Assembly: GCA_009833045.1 (NCBI GenBank)
Contig: WUUP01000001.1
Span: forward strand, 49,440 to 113,439
DNA from: Saprospirales bacterium GYS_P2D
GTDB taxonomy: Bacteria; Bacteroidota; Bacteroidia; Chitinophagales; Saprospiraceae
Length of the DNA stretch: 64,000 bases
Reading direction: 5' to 3'
Every line of letters begins with the position of its first letter. Position 1 is the stretch's first letter. Shown in pieces: positions 36,354-46,818 of this stretch. The position numbers were made by a program, and so were the translations under genes. The notes below the pieces were generated by a model. The model saw only the letters and a program-made list of their open reading frames with translations. It made no database searches and was not told the DNA's origin.

Positions 36354-38270
36354 ATGAGCTTGATCGATAATCGGATGGAGAGAAAAAATCACTTCTCAAG
36401 AGGAATTTTACTGGCATTTATGACATTGCTAAGCACGATGCTCACAGCCCAAAAAGTCATCCCAGGAGAATGGATCATCAAATCTACAGATCCTACTTTC
36501 GGCGCCAAGGCAAAAAAGAATAGCCAAATATCTGAAGTGAAATCAATATTTGGAGAATTGGGTCTATATCTCATCGTGACTTCTGAAGAAAGGCCTATAA
36601 ATCAGATCAAGAAGAGCCTCAAATCCACTCAAATAGATGGTGCCTACCCAAATCAACTTATCGAGCCTCGCTATACACCTGACGACCCTGATTTCCCCGG
36701 ACAGTGGGCTGCCACTCAGATAGGCATGCCTGAAATATGGGACGTCACTACAGGAGGTCAGGCGCCCAATGGTGACGATATCGTGGTCGCCATATTTGAC
36801 GATGGATATGACATCACTCATCGAGACTATGCCGACAATATTTGGACCAATGAAGGAGAGATACCTGACGATGGCATAGACAATGACGGCAATGGCTACA
36901 TAGATGACTATCTCGGTTGGAATGCCACTACCGACAATGACGAACATAGAAATCGTACCCATGGCACTGCCGTAGCAGGCATCATCGGCGCTGTCGGGGA
37001 TAATGGTGTCTTAGTAGCTGGGATGAACTGGGACGTAAAACTCATGCTCACCAGCGGAGGTAGAGAAGCAGGATTTAACATAGCGGATATCGTCAGAGCC
37101 TATGAGTATATCTATACTCAGCGCAGAATATACAATGAGACACAGGGCGAATCTGGTGCATATGTCGTCGTATCTAATTATTCTGGAGGCGCTTCGGGAT
37201 TATTTCCTGAGGATTTTCCAAGTTGGTGTGAGATCTATGATTTATTAGGATCAGTGGGAGTGATCAATTTCACCTCGGCCCCTAATGCGGATGTCGATGT
37301 AGACACCGAGGGGGATCTCCCCTCTACCTGCCTATCCGACTATCTGATCATCGTCACCAATACAGACCGACAAGATAATAAGGTACAAGCTGCAGGCTAT
37401 GGTGCACAGAGTGTAGATCTGGGTGCTCCAGGTGATGAGATCTATACCACCGGTCTCAATGGAGAGCTCAATACTTCATTTAGCGGTGCGTCAGCCTCTG
37501 CTCCTGTGGTCGCTGGTGTTGCATCTCTACTCTATAGTGTCATCTGTGATGAAGCATATGAGCTGTCTATCACAGATCCCAGGAGTATCGTCCTCGAGCT
37601 ACGTCGTACATTATTGACCACTGTGAGTCCTGTACCAGAGCTCATAGGTAGATCTACGACTGGAGGTCGCCTCGATGCGGCAGCTGCTTTCGCAGAATGG
37701 CGTAGTATCAAAGGTATCGCTGACTGCTGTAAAGTAGACATCAGTGATCTCACTATCATTGATGAATCCTGCATAGAGGCTACTGACGGTCAGCTAAACA
37801 TTATGACGGATACTACTGATACCCGTAGTGCTCTGAGCTATACACTCTCTCCTATGTCCGGCATGAGTGTATCTAATCGAACCGGTGAATTTAGGTTTCT
37901 GGAAGCCGGAAACTATGAACTAAGCGTGACGACCGATCGTGACATGACCTGTCGGGCAGATACTACATTAAGTATAGCTGCGGGCATTGACGAGTGTAGC
38001 TTTGGAGAGTTTCAGATCAGCGGGATACTGCCTAATCCTACATCGGACTTCATCAATGTCAGTTTCGAGCTTGACGAGTTAAAGCATTTTGAAATTGTCA
38101 TTTTTGACTATGCGAGTCGATTGATCTATCGCAAACCCATCATACCAAGCAGCACCTCAGCTCGATCAGAGCAGATAGATGTATCCGATTTCCCAGATGG
38201 CATCTACTATATCGGCATACGAGCGAATGATTTAGTTGATTTCGTCCCCTTCTCCGTATTTCACCCTTAG
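36354..38270 (+). CDS. subtilisin-like serine peptidase (S8) with T9SS C-terminal sorting domain
   Basis: 638 aa; catalytic triad contexts AIFDDGYD (Asp), HGTAVAGIIGA (His), GASASAPVVAGVASLL (Ser); C-terminal ILPNPTSDFINVSFEL...GIYYIGIRAND CTD. Confidence 0.8.
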   Translation: MSLIDNRMERKNHFSRGILLAFMTLLSTMLTAQKVIPGEWIIKSTDPTFGAKAKKNSQISEVKSIFGELGLYLIVTSEERPINQIKKSLKSTQIDGAYPNQLIEPRYTPDDPDFPGQWAATQIGMPEIWDVTTGGQAPNGDDIVVAIFDDGYDITHRDYADNIWTNEGEIPDDGIDNDGNGYIDDYLGWNATTDNDEHRNRTHGTAVAGIIGAVGDNGVLVAGMNWDVKLMLTSGGREAGFNIADIVRAYEYIYTQRRIYNETQGESGAYVVVSNYSGGASGLFPEDFPSWCEIYDLLGSVGVINFTSAPNADVDVDTEGDLPSTCLSDYLIIVTNTDRQDNKVQAAGYGAQSVDLGAPGDEIYTTGLNGELNTSFSGASASAPVVAGVASLLYSVICDEAYELSITDPRSIVLELRRTLLTTVSPVPELIGRSTTGGRLDAAAAFAEWRSIKGIADCCKVDISDLTIIDESCIEATDGQLNIMTDTTDTRSALSYTLSPMSGMSVSNRTGEFRFLEAGNYELSVTTDRDMTCRADTTLSIAAGIDECSFGEFQISGILPNPTSDFINVSFELDELKHFEIVIFDYASRLIYRKPIIPSSTSARSEQIDVSDFPDGIYYIGIRANDLVDFVPFSVFHP

Positions 38271-38438
38271 GAACTACGATATATCGATATTTTTAGAATT
38301 TATTTTCTGGAAACTATTTCATATTAGGATGTAAAAGCCTACTTTTGCACCCCTAAATCAAGACAGAAGTGTATTGATGAATATTGAGAAAGGTATTTAA
38401 CATTGAGTAGATATGTCTCAATACGTAATAAAAACCAT

Positions 38439-38512
38439 GGCTCCGTAGCTCAACTGGATAGAGTACTTGACTACGAATCAAGCGGTTGCAGGTTCGACTC
38501 CTGCCGGAGTCA
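38439..38512 (+). tRNA. tRNA-Arg (anticodon ACG)
   Basis: 74 nt cloverleaf folded by hand: acceptor GGCTCCG/CGGAGTC (one G-U), D arm GCTC/GAGT, anticodon stem CTTGA/TCAAG with loop CTACGAA, T arm GCAGG-TTCGACT-CCTGC, discriminator A; CCA not encoded. Confidence 0.9.
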
Positions 38513-38591
38513 CTACTTTGTGCGAAGCAATAAAAAGCTTCATAGATTTAAAAAATAGACCTCCAACAGGAGAACATCAAAATAGAAAGCG

Positions 38592-38840
38592 ATGTCTAAA
38601 GTTTGTCAATTAACAGGGAAGAGACCAATCACTGGAAATCACGTGTCTCACTCAAATAGAAAGACGAAGAGAAGATTTGAACCAAATCTTCAGAAGAAGA
38701 GATACTACATCCCTGAGGTAGATAAGTGGGTGACTCTCAGACTCAGTACGTCTGCGATGAGAAATATTAACAAAATCGGCCTCTACGAATACCTCAAAGA
38801 TCTACAGCGTAAAGGTGTAGATATCGGAGTACAATTATAA
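38592..38840 (+). CDS. rpmB: 50S ribosomal protein L28
   Basis: 82 aa; [34 protein letters not shown]. Confidence 0.9.
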   Translation: MSKVCQLTGKRPITGNHVSHSNRKTKRRFEPNLQKKRYYIPEVDKWVTLRLSTSAMRNINKIGLYEYLKDLQRKGVDIGVQL

Positions 38841-38859
38841 TCATACAACATATCTGATA

Positions 38860-39048
38860 ATGGCTAAGAAATCCAAAGGTAATAGACAACAGATCATACT
38901 CGAGTGTACAGAGCATAAAGCAACTGGCATGCCTGGCACTTCAAGATATGTTACTCAAAAAAATAGAAAAAATACTCCTGATAGGTTGGAGCTTAAAAAA
39001 TTCAACCCTATCTTGAAGAAGTATACAATTCACAAAGAAATAAAGTAA
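38860..39048 (+). CDS. rpmG: 50S ribosomal protein L33
   Basis: 62 aa; Lys/Arg-rich bL33 pattern with zinc-ribbon remnants. Confidence 0.9.
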   Translation: MAKKSKGNRQQIILECTEHKATGMPGTSRYVTQKNRKNTPDRLELKKFNPILKKYTIHKEIK

Positions 39049-39049
39049 C

Positions 39050-39226
39050 ATGGCTAAAGTATCGAAGAACGCAAGAGTAGCACAAAGAGCAGCAAACGCT
39101 GGGTCAGGCAGGGACCATGTAAAAGTAGTCACAAGCGTAAAGAATCCAGCTACAGGTAAATATTCGTATAAAGAAATAATGATCCACAAGGACAAAGTGA
39201 ACGAATACCTCGCTGCTAACAAATAA
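39050..39226 (+). CDS. DUF4295 small basic protein (below the ORF-track size cutoff)
   Basis: 58 aa MAKVSKNARVAQRAANAGSGRDHVKVVTSVKNPATGKYSYKEIMIHKDKVNEYLAANK; ATG 2 nt after the rpmG stop; conserved rpmB-rpmG-DUF4295-ftsY order in Bacteroidota. Confidence 0.7.
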   Translation: MAKVSKNARVAQRAANAGSGRDHVKVVTSVKNPATGKYSYKEIMIHKDKVNEYLAANK

Positions 39227-39254
39227 TAAGTATACAGAGAGATTTTATTTTGAG

Positions 39255-39290
39255 AAAGGCTTTTCTTTACATTTAAGGAAAGCCTTTTTT
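39255..39290 (+). terminator. rho-independent terminator after the rpmB-rpmG-DUF4295 operon
   Basis: AAAGGCTTT-(15 nt)-AAAGCCTTT followed by TTT. Confidence 0.5.
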
Positions 39291-39313
39291 CACATATATA
39301 CACGACCCATTTC

Positions 39314-40270
39314 ATGAGTTTTTTTAAGAAGTTTTTTACCCGAGAAAAAGAGGAGGAGCTAAACGAAGGATTGCAAAAAACAAAAGAGAGCTTCTTTGGT
39401 AAAATATCTAAAGCAGTAGCTGGAAAATCTACTGTAGATGAGAGTTTCTTAGATGAACTGGAGCACATACTGATCCAGTCAGATGTCGGACTCGATACCA
39501 CCGTCAAAATCATAGAAAGACTCGAAGAACGTGTAGCTCAAGATAAATATCTCAACACTGACGAGCTCAACGATATCCTCAAGGGTGTCATCACAGATCT
39601 ACTTTCAGAGAATAATACAGTCGATGTAGATGACTTTGACTATAATCGTATAAATAGTCCTCACATCATACTCGTAGTGGGTGTCAATGGCACTGGTAAG
39701 ACTACCACCGTAGGGAAACTGGCTCATCAATTTACTAAGAAAGGCTTCAAGGTAGTACTTGGAGCGGCTGATACATTTAGGGCTGCAGCGGTAGATCAAT
39801 TAGGTATTTGGGCCGATCGAGTAGGCTGTGACTTTTACAATAAAGGGATGAATACCGACCCTGCAGCAGTAGCCTATGAGACCGTACAGCATGCTATCAA
39901 TACAGAAGCAGATATAGTACTCATAGATACGGCAGGAAGGCTACATACTAAGACCTACCTGATGAAAGAGCTCACTAAGATCAAAAACTCAATCAATAAA
40001 AAACTCCCAGGAGCTCCGCATGAAGTCATGCTCGTACTCGACGCTACAACAGGCCAAAATGCTATCGAGCAAGCTACTAAGTTTACCGAAGCTACTGAAG
40101 TCACTTGCTTAGCGCTGACTAAGCTTGACGGCACTGCTAAAGGAGGTGTAGCGATCGGTATATCAGACCAATTCAAAGTACCTATCAAGTACATCGGTGT
40201 AGGAGAAGGCATTGATCATCTACAAGTATTCAACAAAAAAGCCTTCGTAGATAGTCTCTTTTCTGAGTAG
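39314..40270 (+). CDS. ftsY: signal recognition particle receptor FtsY
   Basis: 318 aa; SRP-GTPase motifs GVNGTGKTTT, DTAGR, TKLDG. Confidence 0.85.
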   Translation: MSFFKKFFTREKEEELNEGLQKTKESFFGKISKAVAGKSTVDESFLDELEHILIQSDVGLDTTVKIIERLEERVAQDKYLNTDELNDILKGVITDLLSENNTVDVDDFDYNRINSPHIILVVGVNGTGKTTTVGKLAHQFTKKGFKVVLGAADTFRAAAVDQLGIWADRVGCDFYNKGMNTDPAAVAYETVQHAINTEADIVLIDTAGRLHTKTYLMKELTKIKNSINKKLPGAPHEVMLVLDATTGQNAIEQATKFTEATEVTCLALTKLDGTAKGGVAIGISDQFKVPIKYIGVGEGIDHLQVFNKKAFVDSLFSE

Positions 40271-40327
40271 AATATCCCAACTGCGGGGCTGATACTGTAT
40301 ATTCACTGTCACACACGACAGTCGACT

Positions 40328-42070
40328 ATGCACATACGTATCCTAAGATGGGCCACAGCGGGCATCTGCATGCTCATTATTTGGTCATTTTCTGCTAATC
40401 CTCCACAACGCACCACGGGCGCTCCTGGAGAAGGAGGATGTGACAATGCAGGCTGTCATATAGGTGGCGCAGGCATCATCGACGCCACTGTCAATATCAA
40501 AGGTCTCCCCCCTCAAATCCGACCTAATACAGCCTATCAAATCGAAGTAGAAATCATCAAGATCTCGGGACCTGCAGAGCGTGCAGGATTTCAGATGACA
40601 CTTCTCGGAGATGATCAGAGTAGCATAGGGAGCTTCTCCAATAATGGTGAAAACACAGCCATATCCTCTACAGCAGATCGAGAATACTTAGAGCACCAGC
40701 CGGCTCAGTTTTTTAGACAGATGGATACCATACGATATTCATCTCTATGGAGTCTTGATGAGGAAACTAATAGTGACTCCATCTATCTCTACCTCGGCGC
40801 TAACATTGCCAATGGCAATAACAATCGATCAGGAGATCTGCCACTTTTTGCTCGGCAGTCTTATGCCATCACACAGGATACAGGGATACTAATAAGCGCT
40901 ACCATCGAAGATTCTGGCTGTGAAGAAGCGAATGGATCTATAGTCGTAGCAATAAGTGGGGGGCTGCCGCCCTACTCTATCACTTGGAGTACGGGGGATA
41001 CAACACTATCCATTTCAGATTTACCAGTTGGCAGCTATGATGTAACGGTAGTCGACGCAAATGAGGATAGTCTATCAGAGGCATTTATGGTTGGAGCCCA
41101 AGTAGATACAGTTTCTCCTATAATATTTTGTACTGCAGATACATTCTATATATCTACATGTGCCCCCTTCAGCTATAGCGTACCTACTGCGACAGATGAC
41201 TGTGGAGATGTTGATATAAGGCTCCTATCAGGCCGGGGTATCAATCAACCCTACCCCGTCGGTCTATCTGTCGAAATATACGAAGCTACTGACGCTTCTG
41301 GTAATAAGAGTCAGTGCTCAATCTATATCAATAATCAACCAGAGATCACATCCACAATAAATGTCATCCAACCGCAGTGTCACAATGACTCGATAGGCTT
41401 CATAGATCTTGAGATCACGGGTAGCAATCCTCCCTATGAGATCTCAAGCGAACTCTTAGGTGAAGACAATAGTCTACCAAAAGGTGTACATACCATCACA
41501 ATATCAGACGCCTCTGGCTGCAGCTTTACAGAGACAGTCGAAATCATAAGACCGCAAGAACTCAATCTGACTATCGATAGTGTAAATGATAACACAAATA
41601 GCGATGATGGCAATGGGCAAATACTCATCAGTGTCACGGGCGGTGTCATGCCATACGAGTATAGCTGGACGATAAATGGGCAGTTCTTCTCTGATGAGTC
41701 CGATCTGACTGGTTTATTCAGCGGTGTATATCAGCTCACAGTCAGTGATAGCTATGGCTGTCTAATAGTTTCTGACACTGTCTTAGTCGACTTAGTGTCA
41801 TCCATCTATGATCCACAGCTGAGCGCTACATTCACTTTATTTCCTAACCCCTCCAATGATCAAAAGGAAGTGTTCCTAACTTCTCCTATCTTAAATCAGG
41901 TAACATCTATAGAGCTCTTTGATCTATTGGGTCAATCTGTGCTGACGAATAAGTTTCAAAGCAAGCAAGATAAGCTCGCAATCAGCCTTACTAATATTCA
42001 CGAAGGACTACATTACATGAAAATCACACTCAGTGATGATCGCCATGTCATACTACCTCTGGTTCATTAA
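40328..42070 (+). CDS. secreted SprB-repeat/HYR-like adhesin-type protein with T9SS C-terminal domain
   Basis: 580 aa; three GG.(M/P)PY.Y.W SprB-type repeats, DDCGDV HYR-like segment, C-terminal FTLFPNPSNDQKEVFL...GLHYMKITL CTD; N-terminal CDNAGCH motif. Confidence 0.6.
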   Translation: MHIRILRWATAGICMLIIWSFSANPPQRTTGAPGEGGCDNAGCHIGGAGIIDATVNIKGLPPQIRPNTAYQIEVEIIKISGPAERAGFQMTLLGDDQSSIGSFSNNGENTAISSTADREYLEHQPAQFFRQMDTIRYSSLWSLDEETNSDSIYLYLGANIANGNNNRSGDLPLFARQSYAITQDTGILISATIEDSGCEEANGSIVVAISGGLPPYSITWSTGDTTLSISDLPVGSYDVTVVDANEDSLSEAFMVGAQVDTVSPIIFCTADTFYISTCAPFSYSVPTATDDCGDVDIRLLSGRGINQPYPVGLSVEIYEATDASGNKSQCSIYINNQPEITSTINVIQPQCHNDSIGFIDLEITGSNPPYEISSELLGEDNSLPKGVHTITISDASGCSFTETVEIIRPQELNLTIDSVNDNTNSDDGNGQILISVTGGVMPYEYSWTINGQFFSDESDLTGLFSGVYQLTVSDSYGCLIVSDTVLVDLVSSIYDPQLSATFTLFPNPSNDQKEVFLTSPILNQVTSIELFDLLGQSVLTNKFQSKQDKLAISLTNIHEGLHYMKITLSDDRHVILPLVH

Positions 42071-42145
42071 TATTTTCTTAATAGAAGGCCTCCCTCGTAA
42101 CAAGGCTCTATTTTTGTCGTCTTATTCAGAGAAAAAAGTATCACT

Positions 42146-42532
42146 ATGAGAATCTTGATGTTTGCCCTATTTCTACTACCGATTGTTTCGAATGCGCAAA
42201 TACAACAAAGTTTAGTAAAATTTGAAACGGAAAATATAGATCTCGGCAAGGTCAAGAAAGGTGATCAGGTCGAAAGTGCGTTCACATTCACGAATATCTC
42301 TAAAGAAGATGTGCAAATAGACATCGTATCGACCTGCGACTGCACAGAGGCCAATTGGCCTCAAGGGATTATCAAGCCAGGTGACTCAGCAACCATAGAT
42401 TTCATCTTTGATAGCAATCAAAAAGAAGGAGAGGAAGTCATAGAGCTAGATGTCTACTTCTTAAACTCTGACCCTAAAACAGGTAATCCTGTCAGCGTAT
42501 TCTTAAGTTACACCTATCAGTGGGCTAATTAA
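42146..42532 (+). CDS. DUF1573 domain protein
   Basis: 128 aa; signal peptide; DLGKVKKGD...FTFTN.S...I..V.STCDCTEA pattern of DUF1573. Confidence 0.65.
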   Translation: MRILMFALFLLPIVSNAQIQQSLVKFETENIDLGKVKKGDQVESAFTFTNISKEDVQIDIVSTCDCTEANWPQGIIKPGDSATIDFIFDSNQKEGEEVIELDVYFLNSDPKTGNPVSVFLSYTYQWAN

Positions 42533-42533
42533 A

Positions 42534-44333
42534 CTACCCGTTGTCACCAAGCTTCAGTACTTCTAAGAATGCCTTCTGAGGGACCTGTACGGTACCTATC
42601 TGACGCATTTTCTTCTTTCCTTTCTTTTGTTTTTCGAGGAGTTTACGCTTACGAGTGATATCACCACCGTAGCACTTGGCTGTCACATCCTTTCTCAGGG
42701 CAGAGATAGTCTCTCTGGCTATTATCTTAGCCCCAATCGCAGCTTGTATAGCGATCATGAATTGCTGACGAGGCAGTAGCTCTTTGAGTCGCTTGCATAT
42801 CTGACGTCCGAAAGAATCTGCCTTAGTCCTATGTACTAATGAAGAAAGAGCATCTACAGAATCTCCATTTAGTTTAATATCGAGCTTGACCAAATCAGAA
42901 GCTCTATAATCAGTCGGAGCATAATCAAAAGACGCATATCCTCTCGTGATAGACTTCAGACGATCATAAAAATCAAAAACAATCTCAGCTAATGGCAAAT
43001 CAAAAGACAACTCTACACGCTCAGTAGTCAGATATGTCTGATTGAGGAGCTCGCCTCGTTTCTCCATACATAGTGTCATGATAGCCCCGATATACTCCGG
43101 CTTAGTGATGATCTGTGCCTTAATATATGGCTCCTCTACTCTATCGAGCAAAGTAGGCTCTGGAAGATCCGCAGGAGTATTGATGATGAGGTGCTCATCT
43201 CTCTTAGTATATGCATTGTACGACACGTTAGGTACAGTGGTGATCACCTCCTGATCAAACTCTCGAGATAGTCGCTCCTGAATAATCTCCAAATGAAGCA
43301 TACCTAAGAATCCACATCTGAATCCAAAACCCAAAGCTATCGATGTCTCTGGCTCAAATACTAATGAGGCATCATTGAGTTGTAGTTTCTCGAGGCTATC
43401 TCTTAGATCTTCAAAATCATCATTATCAATAGGATAAATACCTGCAAAGACCATCGGCTTCACTTCTTCAAATCCCTGAATAGCCGACTGACACGGGTTT
43501 TTATCCTGAGTGATGGTATCACCCACTTTGATCTCTTTAGACTCCTTGATACCTGTGATTACATAGCCTACATTACCTGCCTCAAGTCTATTTTTGGGGA
43601 CTTGATTCAACTGTAGAATACCGATCTCATCAGCACTATACACTTTGCCAGTATTGACAAAACGTATGTCATCTCCTTTATTGATCACCCCATTGATGAT
43701 ACGGAAGTAGGCGATCACTCCTCTAAATGAGTTAAACATTGAATCAAAAATCAATGCTTGCAAAGGCTCCTTGGGATCTCCTTTAGGAGCAGGAATGCGA
43801 TCTACGATCGCAGATAGTATATCTTCTATTCCTATGCCTGTTTTTCCACTGGCTAATATGATATCTTCTTTGTCACAGCCGATAAGATCAATAATCTGAT
43901 CAGACATCTCCTCGACCATGGCACTCTCCATATCCACTTTATTGAGGATCGGGATGATCTCGAGATCATGCTCTATAGCCAGGTATAGATTAGAAATAGT
44001 CTGTGCCTGTACTCCTTGAGATGCATCGACGAGAAGCAACGCTCCTTCACATGCGGCTATAGAACGTGACACTTCATACGAGAAGTCGACGTGTCCGGGA
44101 GTATCAATGAGATTGTAAGTATATGTCTCACCATCTGTATGCTTATAGTACATCTGGATAGCATGACTCTTGATAGTGATACCTCTCTCTCTCTCGATAT
44201 CCATATCATCGAGCGCCTGATTTTTCATATCTCGCTGCGATATTGTCTGCGTTCGCTCGAGCAGTCTATCAGACAGCGTACTCTTACCATGATCAATATG
44301 AGCTATGACACAAAAATTCCTAATCTTCTTCAT
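42534..44333 (-). CDS. lepA: translation elongation factor 4 (LepA)
   Basis: 599 aa from ATG at 44333 ([20 protein letters not shown]); the ORF-track start at 44351 is a TTG. Confidence 0.9.
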   Translation of the reverse strand: MKKIRNFCVIAHIDHGKSTLSDRLLERTQTISQRDMKNQALDDMDIERERGITIKSHAIQMYYKHTDGETYTYNLIDTPGHVDFSYEVSRSIAACEGALLLVDASQGVQAQTISNLYLAIEHDLEIIPILNKVDMESAMVEEMSDQIIDLIGCDKEDIILASGKTGIGIEDILSAIVDRIPAPKGDPKEPLQALIFDSMFNSFRGVIAYFRIINGVINKGDDIRFVNTGKVYSADEIGILQLNQVPKNRLEAGNVGYVITGIKESKEIKVGDTITQDKNPCQSAIQGFEEVKPMVFAGIYPIDNDDFEDLRDSLEKLQLNDASLVFEPETSIALGFGFRCGFLGMLHLEIIQERLSREFDQEVITTVPNVSYNAYTKRDEHLIINTPADLPEPTLLDRVEEPYIKAQIITKPEYIGAIMTLCMEKRGELLNQTYLTTERVELSFDLPLAEIVFDFYDRLKSITRGYASFDYAPTDYRASDLVKLDIKLNGDSVDALSSLVHRTKADSFGRQICKRLKELLPRQQFMIAIQAAIGAKIIARETISALRKDVTAKCYGGDITRKRKLLEKQKKGKKKMRQIGTVQVPQKAFLEVLKLGDNG

Positions 44334-44406
44334 CCCGCAAATATACTGCAAGGAGAATCGACTAACATGATAAAATGTGCATGCCTACATTTAGATTTAT
44401 GCTTAA

Positions 44407-45024
44407 TTACTCTTCCAAGGCTTCGAGGAGTCTGATGAAATCACCAAGAGACTTAATCTTATTTTTGGTTGATTTCATTTTGGCTTCAGCTTCTTTCCCA
44501 AGTGCTTTTGCGACAGACTTTTTATTGAGCTCTACTGTCATGGATTCATCCGCTATATTGATGATGTATTGATCTTTTCTCTTGAATCTTTCCTTTTCGA
44601 TAATCTCGCCAGGAGGTCTGTGTATGATAGTCTCCATTATCACTTTAGGCTGTAAAAATAGGCAATAACGGTCCCCTGCAAAAATCCTATATACAAACGT
44701 ACCATTAGCATATGTGATCAGGTATTCTATCCCTTCTGAGCTCAGACTAATTTCCTTTATATCAGACTTTTCTATTTCCGCATATTGGTTTGATTTATAG
44801 ACTTCGACTTCTGATTCATGCAGATTTATATTCAGTGAGACTGTATGACCTTCATCACTATCTCTCATCAGCAAAATAGCATCAACCGAATCGTCAAATA
44901 GATACGGAGATCCAGAGATACCCTTGTATCTGTCCGTATCTAAATCTTTTTTATTAGTGATGAAAGTCTGAGCATGTACACTCTCTATCACCAAAAAGGA
45001 AATGGCTAAAATCACATATTTCAT
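44407..45024 (-). CDS. secreted hypothetical protein
   Basis: 205 aa; signal peptide MKYVILAISFLVIESVHAQ. Confidence 0.4.
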   Translation of the reverse strand: MKYVILAISFLVIESVHAQTFITNKKDLDTDRYKGISGSPYLFDDSVDAILLMRDSDEGHTVSLNINLHESEVEVYKSNQYAEIEKSDIKEISLSSEGIEYLITYANGTFVYRIFAGDRYCLFLQPKVIMETIIHRPPGEIIEKERFKRKDQYIINIADESMTVELNKKSVAKALGKEAEAKMKSTKNKIKSLGDFIRLLEALEE

Positions 45025-45136
45025 ACCTGTCGTTTTATTATTAATAAGGTACTAATATACAGCACGATGGGCAAGATCAGTCTTACCAGAATATTAAAAA
45101 GATGTGAAAATCAATGATTATAAATATCAGATGAGA

Positions 45137-45733
45137 TTACTCCCCCCCTTTTCTCCTGAGGAGTTCATCTCTGATTTTGGCCGCTTTTTCGTAGTCTTCA
45201 TTAGCCAGGACGTCATCCAAGAGTTTATTGAGTGCCTCTTCTGTCATACGCTCATATCCACCCGGTGTTGTTTTAGCGGGCTTTTCTGATACTATCTCAC
45301 CACCTGTGGTCTCAACACTCTCATCATCGAGCTCTACTCCGGCAGACTCCATAATGAACTCGTATGTATATATCGGACAGTCAAAACGAACTGCCATAGC
45401 TATCGCATCAGAAGTGCGACTATCGATCTCGTATTCTTCACCATTTTTCAGACAAACTAACTTGGCATAAAATACACCGTCCAACAAATTGTTGATGACG
45501 ACTTCTTTGAGATCTATCTCAAAGTGCTCTAAAGTATTTTTGAATAAATCATGAGTCAGTGGTCGGTTAGGTGACATCTGCTCCATAGCCACGGCTATCG
45601 CTTGCGCCTCAAATCCACCTATCACTATTGGCAATCTTCTGTTTCCTTCTATTTCGCCTAATACTACTGCATAATTATGAGACTGAGTCACGCTGTGTGA
45701 CAATGCAATAATATCTAACTCTATCTTTACCAT
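45137..45733 (-). CDS. bifunctional nuclease family protein (DNase/RNase domain + UVR motif)
   Basis: 198 aa; DUF151-like core then C-terminal UVR-type helix (LANEDYEKAAKIRDEL). Confidence 0.6.
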   Translation of the reverse strand: MVKIELDIIALSHSVTQSHNYAVVLGEIEGNRRLPIVIGGFEAQAIAVAMEQMSPNRPLTHDLFKNTLEHFEIDLKEVVINNLLDGVFYAKLVCLKNGEEYEIDSRTSDAIAMAVRFDCPIYTYEFIMESAGVELDDESVETTGGEIVSEKPAKTTPGGYERMTEEALNKLLDDVLANEDYEKAAKIRDELLRRKGGE

Positions 45734-45770
45734 TATACGCTGCTACTATATCTGCTTCCAAAAAACAATG

Positions 45771-45800
45771 AAAGCGCAAATTATTTGAAATTTGCGCTTT
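45771..45800 (-). terminator. rho-independent terminator of the etfBA operon
   Basis: perfect 12-bp stem AAAGCGCAAATT-ATTTGA-AATTTGCGCTTT; minus strand then reads CATTGTTTTTTGG. Confidence 0.5.
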
Positions 45801-45836
45801 CTGCTAATTATAAGATGACATTCTTAGAAATAAAGC

Positions 45837-46793
45837 CTACTCGGCTAAGGCTTTCTTGAATGCTTCGTTCAATCTTGGTACAACATCAAATAAGTCTGCA
45901 CAGACACCATAGTCTGCCGCCTTAAAGAATGGTGCTTCTGGATCTTTATTGATCACTACTATACACTTAGAGCTATTGACACCAGCAAGGTGCTGGATCG
46001 CTCCTGAGATGCCTGCAGCGATATAGAGATTTGGTCTTATCGCCACCCCTGTCTGTCCTACGTGCTCATGGTGAGGTCGCCATCCCGTATCAGCTACCGG
46101 ACGAGAGCATGCTGTCGTCGCTCCGAGAGTATCAGCGAGATCCTCGATGATACCCCAGTTTTCTGGACCTTTCATACCACGCCCTGCAGATACTACCAGC
46201 TCTGCTTCTGGTAGAGGTACAGTACCATCTACAGTTTTCACTTCTTTGATAGAGACCCCTGCAGCAGGTGCATCCACTGACATAGACTCTACAGCACAGT
46301 CACTACCTACAGCAGCAAGAGGAATTGCATTACCCATGAGACTGATTACTTTGTTGGCAGAGCTTACGCTGAATTCGGCAAATGCCTTCCCTGAGAACAC
46401 AGGCTTCGTTACTTTAAGTGCGCCACCATCTTGTGTTGGAACAGCATTCACTTGAGATACGATACCTGCATCAAGTTTCACCGCTACACCGCCCATTACA
46501 GCTTTACCATTGGCACTATGATTGACCACGACGACATCGCTACCAGTAGCTTTTGCTACTTCTGCGATGATGGTACTATATACTTTTGAATCAAATCCTC
46601 CTGTATGAGCTACTTGGATCACTTTAGACGCTCCATAAGTGCCCAACTGTGCAGGATTATCAACGTCTCCGATCACTAATGCTATACAATCCGTGCCCAG
46701 TGACTGAGCAGCTAAGTGACCGTAATGAGTCACTTCGAAAGCGGATTTTTTGAATTTCCCTTTAGGATTTTCTGCTAATACTAAAACAGACAT
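45837..46793 (-). CDS. etfA: electron transfer flavoprotein alpha subunit
   Basis: 318 aa; ETF alpha FAD-binding C-terminal domain. Confidence 0.85.
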   Translation of the reverse strand: MSVLVLAENPKGKFKKSAFEVTHYGHLAAQSLGTDCIALVIGDVDNPAQLGTYGASKVIQVAHTGGFDSKVYSTIIAEVAKATGSDVVVVNHSANGKAVMGGVAVKLDAGIVSQVNAVPTQDGGALKVTKPVFSGKAFAEFSVSSANKVISLMGNAIPLAAVGSDCAVESMSVDAPAAGVSIKEVKTVDGTVPLPEAELVVSAGRGMKGPENWGIIEDLADTLGATTACSRPVADTGWRPHHEHVGQTGVAIRPNLYIAAGISGAIQHLAGVNSSKCIVVINKDPEAPFFKAADYGVCADLFDVVPRLNEAFKKALAE

Positions 46794-46818
46794 TTATTGC
46801 AATTTTTCTGGGTTCTTA

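Noticed and set aside
38439-38512. tRNA-Arg as attachment site of a genomic island
   Set aside because: No integrase and no duplicated tRNA 3' segment noticed. Downstream genes are conserved housekeeping (rpmB, rpmG, ftsY).
38941-39513. 190-aa minus-strand ORF spanning rpmG, DUF4295 and the ftsY start
   Set aside because: It is antisense to three well-supported genes and a terminator, and its translation is low-complexity Ser/Leu/Phe.
44334-44351. N-terminal extension of lepA (MQYICG...) in the ORF track
   Set aside because: That start is a TTG. The canonical LepA N-terminus MKKIRNFC begins at the ATG at 44333.
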